From: Piromyces finnis finn
Lineage: Eukaryota > Fungi > Neocallimastigomycota
NCBI GenBank assembly: GCA_002104945.1
Contig: MCFH01000046.1
Span: 384,833 to 448,832, forward strand
Direction of reading: 5' to 3'
Length of the DNA: 64,000 bases
The position numbers were made by a program, and so were the translations under genes. Every line of letters starts with the position of its first letter. The stretch's first letter is position 1. The notes under the pieces were generated by a model. The model was not told the origin of the DNA. It did not search any database and saw only the letters and a list, made by a program, of their open reading frames with translations. This document shows positions 55,164 to 64,000 of this stretch, piece after piece.

Positions 55164-55979
55164 TTAACGATTATGATGTCTTCTTTTTTTTTCATCATGA
55201 TATCTATCATCATAATGACTATCTCTCTTTTCATGATGTCTATCTCTTTTTCTATCCCTCTCTTCTCTTTTCCTCTTCTTTTCTTCTTTTCTTTTTCTTT
55301 CTTCTCTTTCTTCCTCACGCTTTTGTCTTTCAATAATTCTTTCTTGTTTTTTTAATTCTTGATATTCACGATTTAGTGAAGCACCTTCAATAAATTCATC
55401 TTCATTAATACCCAATGCTTTCATTATTTTTTTATTCTCAATTTCTTTTAATGATTTTAATTCTTTAACATTTTCTTCTTCTTTTTTATTAATTGAAGAT
55501 TCCAATTCTTCCATTAATTTTTTTCTTAATTCATTAATTTTTTTTTCAATAACTTCTTCATTTTCACCTTTTTCTTCAAGCTCATCCTGTAATTCTATAC
55601 ATTTAATTTCTATTTCTCTTTTTTTCTCATGAATAATAATTTCTTTATCCTTTTTTCTTAACGCTGATGGTGGTGGTATATCTTTAAAATCTTTAAATTC
55701 TCTTTTTGGTCTATTAGGAATATGTGATAAATTTCTCTGAACAAAACCATTAGTACCACTACCTCTATAATTTTGAAGATTAATTGTTTTTATTTATAAT
55801 AAAGTAATTTTAAAATATATATTTGAAAAAGTAGAATTTATGAAGTATTATTAAACAATTATTTTATTAACAAAGTAAATTTAAAAATAATAAATATGAA
55901 AATAAATTAAAATAAAATACTTATTAATAATATTAATATTAATTTACCTTGGTGTTACTAAACCTATACCATTATACAT
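55164..55979 (-). CDS. CWC21: Cwc21/SRRM2-like splicing factor (cwf21 domain), 2 exons
   Basis: MYNGIGLVTP R|GSGTNGFVQRNLS...HEKKREIEIKCIELQDELEEKG...IEKKINELRKKL, the diagnostic Cwc21 N-terminus; charged R/E/K tail. Confidence 0.93.
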
Positions 55980-56317
55980 TTTTAAGTATTAAATTTTAAA
56001 ACTTCTGAAATAAAAATTTTATAAATTTTTTTTTTTTTATTTTTATTTTGAATAAAATTTATTTGAATAAAAAAAATTTAATTAATTTAAAATTTTAAAA
56101 AACATGATATTAAAATACATCAATATCTTAAATACTTCTAAATAATAATCTACATAATTTGTATAGATTTTATTTGAAATTATACACGTTATTAAATAAA
56201 TCATAAAAATTAAAAAAAAAAAAAAAAAGGGAAAAGGAAAAAAAATAAAAAAAAAAATTGATAAAAAAATTAACAATAATAAATATAAATTAAATTTAAA
56301 ATATTCATTTAATTAAA

Positions 56318-58526
56318 ATGAAAAAAACTGAAGATAATCAATATAATGATAATAATTTAAATACTGACTATTTAAAAAGAAGAGAAGAACTGAACAATTA
56401 TTTAAATAAATTAGTATGAAGATAATATAATATGAAAATTTTATAAAACTCTGTATTAATTGAAATTCTATATCAATTTTAATATAGTTAAATGAAGCTA
56501 AAGATACTCCATTTAGAGTCAATTCATGTAAAGTAAATGGTACGAAATTTACAAAAAAGAAATTAATAGAAAAGCAATTGAATTCTTTATTTCAAGCTAA
56601 AACATTAAAAGAAATCCTCGAGGAAACTGAAACAATTTGTGGGAAATTAAATCGATTTGGTATATTTAATGATTTGGGCGTTAATTTAGATGTACCACAA
56701 TCAAAAATACTAAAAAATGAAAATGAAGTTGATATAATTATAAATTTAAAAGAAAAACCAAGATTTTGGGCAAGGACCGGAACAGAAGTTGGAAATAATG
56801 AAGGAAATTTGGTATATAATACATCAAAGAAAAGAAAAAGAAAATATTTTATTAAAAATAATTAAAATGTCTCTAAAATCTTTATATTAATAATATACTT
56901 AATTTGTTTATATTATTAATTGATTTATATATAGAATGCATCTCTTAATTTAAGAAATCCTTTTGGAACTGGTGAAACATTTGAAGCTAATGCTTCATAT
57001 GGTGTAGATGGCGCAATTGAAGCTGATAAAGACAAATCAAAATTATTACCTATTAAAACTCAAAGAAATTCAATATATCAAGTAATAATAAGTAAAAATG
57101 TTAATAATAAATAAAAATATTCTTAATTAAATATTATATTGATTATAAAATACATATATATTTATTTATTTATAACATATTAGCTTTGCTATTCTTCTCC
57201 TATAAATGGAAATCCGGATAGTATATTTCAAACTTTTGCTTCTCAAAAAATTATTAGTCATAAAATCTATAGTTCTTTCAATGAGTTTTCAAATAATATT
57301 GGTTTTAAATTTAAAGTAAGAAATATAAATTTTTTTTATAATTAAAACCATTCAATATATTATATTTTATTAAATTTTCTATTTGCTGTATTTAAAAAAA
57401 GAAAATATCCCCATTTGGTTCAAATGAATATGGTTATATAGCATCATGGCGTCAAATAAATCATATTAGTAAAAATGCTTCTTTTAGGTAAGCTATAATA
57501 AAATAAAATTTTAAAGAACTAATTTACTATTTAGCTATATAAGAATTATTAATATAGTGTTAATACATAATATTTTCTTAATATTATTGATTTAATTAAT
57601 AAATAGTGTAAGAAGTGAAGCTGGAAATTCTTTTAAATCATCAATTTATCATAGATATTTAAAAGATACAAGAAATGATCAAATGCTTCCAAGTAAAGGT
57701 TCATTGTTTAAATTCTATCAAGAATTGGCAGGTTTAGGTGGCGACGTTCAGTTTTTAAAGCATGAAGCTGAAACTCAATGGAATGTTTCATTAGGAAAAG
57801 GCTTTGTAAGTTAAAAATTAAAATTAAATATTTTAAATAATAACAATAATAATAATTTAAATAATAATATAAATAAAACATTATTTTTATTATTTTTTAA
57901 GTCACTTAGTTCATCCTTTAGAGGAGGATTATTACTTCCGTTAATGAATAGTCGAACAAGAATCAACGATAGATTTTTCATTGGCGGACCTTTATCAGTT
58001 AGAGGATTCAATTACTTTGGACTTGGTCCAAAAGATGGAAGTAAGTCATTAAAATAATTATAATTACAAAAAAATAACCCATTTTAACTAATAATTAATA
58101 AAATTTAATATAGAGGATGTAATAGGTGGTGATACTTATTGGACAACCGGTTTAAGTTTATATGCACCATTACCAAAACTTGCCGATAAACCAATTAAAA
58201 CACATATGTTTGTAAACGCAGGCAGTTCAATTTTATTAAACCAAAGTAAGCTCTTATATAATTGACAATTTTTTATTATATGATATTAATTAATATAACA
58301 ATACTAATTTTAAAATATTAAAACATAATTTTTTTTAATAGAAGAATCATTAAGCGAAAACGTTAATAGACTAATTAAAACACCATCAATATCTACAGGT
58401 TTTGGACTAGCTGTAAAATTTAGCATATTAAGAGTAGAACTGAATTACTGCTTACCAGTAGCAATAACCAAAACTGATGATGTTAAAAAGGGTTTGCAAT
58501 TTGGTGTTGGTTTGAACTTTATGTAA
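56318..58526 (+). CDS. SAM50: Sam50/Omp85 outer-membrane beta-barrel assembly protein, multi-exon
   Basis: POTRA region (LFQAKTLKEILEE...LNRFGIF), TGTEVGNNEG, LRNPFGTGET, KSSIYHRYLKDTRNDQMLPSKG, ELAGLGGDVQFLK, DRFFIGGPLSVRGF, RVELNYCLP, LQFGVGLNFM*. Confidence 0.94.
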
Positions 58527-58943
58527 ACATATAAAACTATAACAATTCTATCAATTTTATTAAATATTATGTAAACAATAAAATTATAGCTATTCTATCA
58601 ATATTAAATTATTGCTTTTATAATATTTAGAAAAAAAAAAAAAAATACATTTTATATATAACAAAATATGTTAAAAAATAATAATAATCGATGATTAATA
58701 AATAAAAATAATAAATAAATAAATAAATAAATAATTAATAATAAATAATAAATTATAAAAAATTCAAATAAATAATATAATAAAAATAATTATAATTACA
58801 AAATTAAATAATATTATTACTAATCCTTAATTATTTATAAATTATTATGTTCTCAACATATATTTTCTTAAAATAACCAATAATGTTTTAATAATTTAGA
58901 AACTAGTAAAAATGGAAAATTTTTAACACAATTTCATTTTACA

Positions 58944-59038
58944 CCAATCTTGATTGGTTATTAATATGATTGGATAATATTGAATTTTTCAACTTAATAT
59001 AATAAAAAATTAATTCAATAAATTATTTCCTCCTCTTC
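58944..59038 (+). promoter_or_regulatory. RPL7 proximal promoter: three CCAAT boxes and a pyrimidine tract matching the TCT/TOP consensus
   Basis: CCAATCTTGATTGG (58944-58957), GATTGG (58968-58973) and TTTCCTCCTCTTC (59026-59038), 27 nt before the ATG. Function is inferred. Confidence 0.5.
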
Positions 59039-59064
59039 AATCGTTAAGTAACAGATTATTAACA

Positions 59065-60134
59065 ATGGTGTATGTAGATATTTAATATAATATAAATGAA
59101 ATCATGAATTAAAATATATATTTGGTACATAAAAGATCAACAAGGGCATATAATCTTAAAGAATAATGCATAAAATATAAAAATATGTTCTTTAATGTTA
59201 TATTGTTCTTATATAAATGATTATCATTTATAGTAGAATAGAATGTTGTAAAAATAGATAGATGAAATTAAAAATTAACTAATTTCTTTTAAACTGGAAT
59301 AAAAGAAAAACGTGTGTACCAATAATGTATTTCATTTAAGTTCAAATAAAATATAAATGAATGATAATTAATATTTTATTATTTTAATATAAAATTTATA
59401 TTATATATAGTGCCACTAAAGCTGTTCCAGAAACTTTATTAAAGAAGGCTAAGGCTCAAGAAAAGATCGCCGCTGCTAAGGCCGCTGCTAAGGCTGAATC
59501 CAAGGTTGCCAACCGTAACGCTCGTAAGGTTGCTTACCAACGTGCTCAACAATACGCTAAGGAATATGCTGCTGCTGAACGCAACGAAATCAGACTCCAA
59601 AGACAAGCTAAGGCTCAAGGTTCCTTCTACGTTCCAGCTGAACCAAAGTTAGCTTTCGTTGTCAGAATTAAGGGTATCTCTAACGTTCCACCAAAGGCTC
59701 GTAAGATTCTTCAACTTCTCCGTATCATTCAAATTAACAACGGTACTTTCGTTAAGCTTAACAAGGCTACTGTTACTATGTTAAAGTTAGTCGAACCATA
59801 CGTTACCTACGGTACTCCAAACCTTAAGACTGTTCGTGAACTTATCTACAAGCGTGGTTTCGCTAAGATTAACAAGCAAAGAATTCCAATTACTGACAAT
59901 GCTATCATTGCTCAAGAACTCGGTAAGTATGGTATTGTCTGTATTGAAGATCTTATCCACGAAATTTACACTGTTGGTCCAAACTTCAAGCAAGCCAACA
60001 ACTTCCTCTGGACTTTCAAGCTTTCCAACCCAACTGGTGGTTTCAAGGGAAAGAAGACCAACCACTTCATTCAAAACGGTGAAGCTGGTAACCGTGAAAA
60101 CTACATCAACAACCTTGTTCAAAGAATGAACTAG
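59065..60134 (+). CDS. RPL7: 60S ribosomal protein L7 (uL30), 2 exons
   Basis: ATG GT|intron 59070-59410|T GCC gives [14 protein letters not shown]...[17 protein letters not shown]...[20 protein letters not shown]...[23 protein letters not shown]...[14 protein letters not shown]. Strong high-expression codon bias. Confidence 0.98.
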
Positions 60135-60469
60135 ATTTTTAAAAAAATGTTGTAAATTTATTTTGAACAGATTTGGTGTAATAAAATATTAAAAACAATT
60201 TTTTTGTGTGTAATAGAGAAGAATAATTAAAGTGTTAAAATTGTTATAAATTATGGGTATTTCATTTTATTAAATGTATGTATATAGAATAAAAAAAGAT
60301 TAATAAAGTTTTTTATAGATAAATTTAATTCTTAAAGTATTGTGTAATTAGTTGAAGATGTTGTGAGTAAATGAGGTTTTTATGTTTTAATTTAGTGGGA
60401 ATAAGTTTTGAAAAAATGGTAATTCAAGGAATAGAAAGAGTATTAAGTTTTAATAATTACCCTTTTTTA

Positions 60470-61056
60470 AAATACACTTATCAATAATGGTAATGCGTAT
60501 GATTATTCTAGTGTGTGCAGTAAAATAACCCTCTTGGGAACGTGCCTTCATTTATTTAATAAATGTAGTTTCTCAAGGGGGTCTACTCATGCTCATAGAT
60601 ATTAGTATTGATGAAGTCAAGTCAGCTATCCTCTCTACTCCGAATTATAAAGCATCAGGTCCGGATGGTATTCCAATTGAATTTTACAAAGCATTAATTC
60701 CATCAAGTAATGATTCTAATAATGCTACAGATAATAATTCTTCCGGTAATACTACTTCAGATAATGATGCTTATGGTTTAAATTTTATTCTTAAATTATT
60801 CAACCGTATTTGGGATGGAGATTTCCCCAACTCATTGCCCTCTTAGGAATGTGCCTTCATTTATTTAATAAATGTAATTTCTCAAGGGGGTCTACTCATG
60901 CTCATGGTACTGAGAGAGTAGAAAGAATTAAATCCAAGCATTGCGCAATGGATGCTTGGTTAGTCTTCAAGGGAAAATTATTAGGACTAAGCTCATGGTA
61001 CTGAGCGATTAAAAAACATTTTATTCATCAAATTTAAGTATTTGATGAATAAGTGA
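60470..61056 (+). mobile_element. Rearranged non-LTR retrotransposon fragment (probable 3' end of ORF) containing a duplicated RT segment
   Basis: 60597-60835 matches 63719-63957 with 3 mismatches. It is flanked by 68-bp direct repeats (60529-60596, 60838-60905), and 15-bp direct repeats lie at 60900-60914 and 60991-61005. Assigning the flanking sequence to the element's 3' end is inference. Confidence 0.75.
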
Positions 61057-61604
61057 ATGTTTGATTTTTCAGGTAAGTTTGTATAGTATTTAATTAGAAG
61101 AGTAATACATTTTGTTGCTGTATTTTTTCTTTTATTCATGTATTCATGTAGTACTACTCTTCTCTTGTAAGAATCCAATGTAGTCAACTTTAGCATTTGC
61201 ATTGTACTTTTATATTCATGTAGCTATTGTTGTATTGTTTCTTGTAAGAGACTGATTCACTCTACATCATGTAAAAATACTATTCACAAGCTTTCTGGTG
61301 TCGACATTCTTGATTCAAATTTTTTACCAATTTAAATATTTAATGAAAAGTAAAGTCAAACAAGTTTAGTGTCAAAAAGCGATTCGAATTTACTAACAAC
61401 AAACCAAAACTATAATTTTTAAAGAAAATTTACAACTAGAATTCAAAAAAAAGAAACTTTAAACAAAGCATCGTAACAATTTTTGTACTATCCAGTACTT
61501 TTAAGAAGAGAGAGAGAGACAGATTTTTTTTCCATATACGTTATATTTATAATTTTTATTAGTATTTATTTTATATTCAATATTTTTAATTAGAATTTAT
61601 TATC

Positions 61605-64000
61605 ATGTCAGTCCTTTATATTAAAGACAAGAATTATATCAGACGTGGTACCCGGTCTTATGGTATCCCCTTAGATGATATTCGCTCCTTCTTTATCCGT
61701 GGTATTCGATCATGGTCAGTAAATATGCTATGGGAAAAACTCGAGGTTATTCTAGAAGATAAATTTAATTCAGTTATTAGTGTTAAATATTTTCAAACTT
61801 TCAATGATCACTTTTTCTTAGTCAAGGTTCATGGTTCATCAAAAGATTGTATTAAAATCTTACACATGTTAAAGAAGAAACTTTCAGTTACCTCAATTTC
61901 CTTTTCAGCTCGTAGTAGAAGGAATCACAAATACACTTTTTCCACTCTCAAACGTAAAATTTTAGTTTCTAATAAACATCAACATTCTATTCAACAATCA
62001 TTTCAACAATCAGTTCAACAATCAGTTCAACAATCTCATCAACAATCCGATCTTCAACAAGATCTTCAACAGGATCTTCAACAAGTTTCCCATCATGAAA
62101 ATATTCCAGATCTACAGCAAACACAATTTCAATCTCAACATTCAACAATTAATTCTAATAGCTCTATCAACTCTGATAACAGTTCAATAGTTGATAGTTC
62201 TTCAGTTTCACAGCCATCTAGTAATAGTTCTACTTATTCCTCTGATGCATCATCCATTAATAACGATGACTTTAATAATAATAATAATAATAGCAACGAT
62301 TCTTCCTCATCCAACAAGCCTGATAACTTTTCTTTTTGTCTTAGTTGGAACACCAATGGGTGGAATCACGAAAAGAGAGATAGTATTAGCTATTTCACAG
62401 CTATTTTCAAACCATTATTCTTATGTTTCCAAGAAACTGGTAATGGTTCTGGATCGAATACAGATTATCCTTGTCGTGTTACTTTGCGAAACTATAGACA
62501 CTTTTTCAAGAAAGCTGACGAATCAGTTCCGGGAATGAGAGGTTTATATTTAGGTTTTCACAATTCATGTCAAGCCTCACTTGAAAACTTCTCTGGAAAG
62601 TATATTATTTCTATTTATACTTTTAGTCTCTGGAATAGATTCAAATGCTCGATTGGAAATGTTTATATGCCTCATAGTCATCACAACATCTATGTTGATC
62701 ATGCAAAGTTAGAAGTTCGCTTGTGGTTACAAACTCATTCATCCCATCCATCGATTCTTGTTGGTGATTTTAATATGTCTAAAGTAAAATTATCCAACTG
62801 GTTATCAACTAATGGATTAGGAGATTGGGAAATTCTTCCGCTTAGAGGGTCTACTATCTCTTGGACTCGAGGTGAACAATCTTCCGACATTGACCATGCT
62901 CTTATCAATTCGAAGATGAAAGATCTTATTCACTCAGGATCATTTATAAATAATTTTTATCCTGTATCAGACCATAAGCCACTTCTTATTAATGGTAAAA
63001 TTATTCCTATGGAAGATTTTTCTAATGACTTTAACGTTCCTAAGAAAATTCTGAAATGGAATAGATTAAAATGTATTGAGGAAAAGGAATCTATTCTCAG
63101 TCATAATAAATTCCAAATACTTTCAGCAAAATCCAGCGATCCTAATGTTTCTACAGATGAACTTTCCAAAGAGTTTACTTCAACTGCTTTTTCAATTGCA
63201 GACGAGCTCAGTATTACTTCAGCAAATAATGTTATAAAGTCTTCATTTCATATTTCACAACAAATTTTTAATCTCCAAAAAATCAAAATGAAGTTGTATA
63301 AGAGATTTAAAAAAGAAAGAATTTATGATATAGATGAATTTATTAAAAGAATTAAAATCTACCGTAAGCTCATTGATTACATCCACAAAAGATGTAATGA
63401 ATTTAGGAAGCAAGAATATCTTCATTGGATTAAAACAGGATGTGAGTATATGAAGAGTCATAATCCTAAGAAGGCCTGGAAATGGATCAAGAAAACTGCA
63501 AAAATTGGAAAAGATTCTTTCTTTATTGCTCAACCAATTAAAAATAAAAATGGAGAATTAGTTGTTGCTACGGAAGAACAACTAGATGTGTGGCATGATC
63601 ATTTCGAAAATCTTGCATCAGATCCAAGTGGCGTAAGTCTTGATTTGGAGCATTGGTATGAAGAACCAACGAATAAACGTTTTTCACTCCCTATGCTTGA
63701 TGAATGGGATATCAACCAAGATATTAGTATTGATGAAGTCAAGTCAGCTATCCTCTCTACTCCGAATTATAAAGCATCAGGTCCGGATGGTATTCCAATT
63801 GAATTTTACAAAGCATTAATTCCATCAAGTAATGATTCTAATAATGCTACAGATAATAATTCTTCCGGTAATACCACTTCAGATAATGATGCTTATGGTT
63901 TAAATTTTATTCTTAAATTATACAACCGTATTTGGGATGGAGACTTCCCCAACTCATGGAATGAATCCAGTATTGTTTCTATTCCTAAGAAGGGGAGAAT
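61605..64000 (+). mobile_element. APE-type non-LTR retrotransposon (LINE), single open ORF: RRM-like domain, Q/S/N linker, AP endonuclease, start of reverse transcriptase; truncated by the window edge
   Basis: Hand translation from ATG 61605 has no stop up to 64000 (missing from the ORF track for that reason). APE motifs: LSWNTNG, LCFQET, GNVYMP, LVGDFN, SDIDHALI, VSDHKPL. RT N-terminus: DISIDEVKSAI...KASGPDGIPIEFYK...WNESSIVSIPKKG. Confidence 0.93.

Noticed and set aside
59070-59410. snoRNA in the RPL7 intron (yeast RPL7 introns host box C/D snoRNAs)
   Set aside because: No CTGA D box and only a poor C-box-like ATGATTA were found; a covariance search would be needed to exclude an H/ACA RNA.
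44712-60134. Apparent growth-control cluster (SCD6, IML1, CWC21, SAM50, RPL7)
   Set aside because: These are unrelated housekeeping genes with no shared pathway or regulatory motif; adjacency alone is not evidence.
60900-61604. Self-cleaving ribozyme (HDV-like or hammerhead) at the LINE 5' end
   Set aside because: No CUGANGA/GAAA core or nested pseudoknot was recognisable by eye; not excluded without an Infernal/RNArobo search.

Overview
Extremely AT-rich, intron-dense eukaryotic DNA with long (AAT)n/(ATTT)n microsatellites. The composition, short introns, K/T-rich linkers and gene set point to an anaerobic gut fungus (Neocallimastigomycota); this is inference, not a database match. I assembled 14 host genes by hand across introns. 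In order: a signal-peptide/TM protein with a MABP-like beta-prism (truncated at the left edge), phosducin-like PLP2, an AMPK-related MARK/Kin1-type kinase, two paralogous secreted LysM proteins, PGS1, PMT2, a DOCK-C-type GEF, a J-domain protein, SCD6/LSM14, IML1/DEPDC5, CWC21, SAM50 and RPL7. The right end holds a non-LTR retrotransposon. It has one uninterrupted ORF (RRM-like domain, Q/S/N linker, AP endonuclease, start of RT). Upstream of it is a mosaic that looks like the element's own 3' end, carrying a 239-bp copy of its RT region between 68-bp direct repeats and a second insert between 15-bp direct repeats. The most unusual signals are this retroelement junction, the extracellular MABP-like receptor, the LysM pair, a TCT/TOP-like motif at the RPL7 start, and frequent A-tract AAG 3' splice sites. 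No tRNA, rRNA or CRISPR array was seen.
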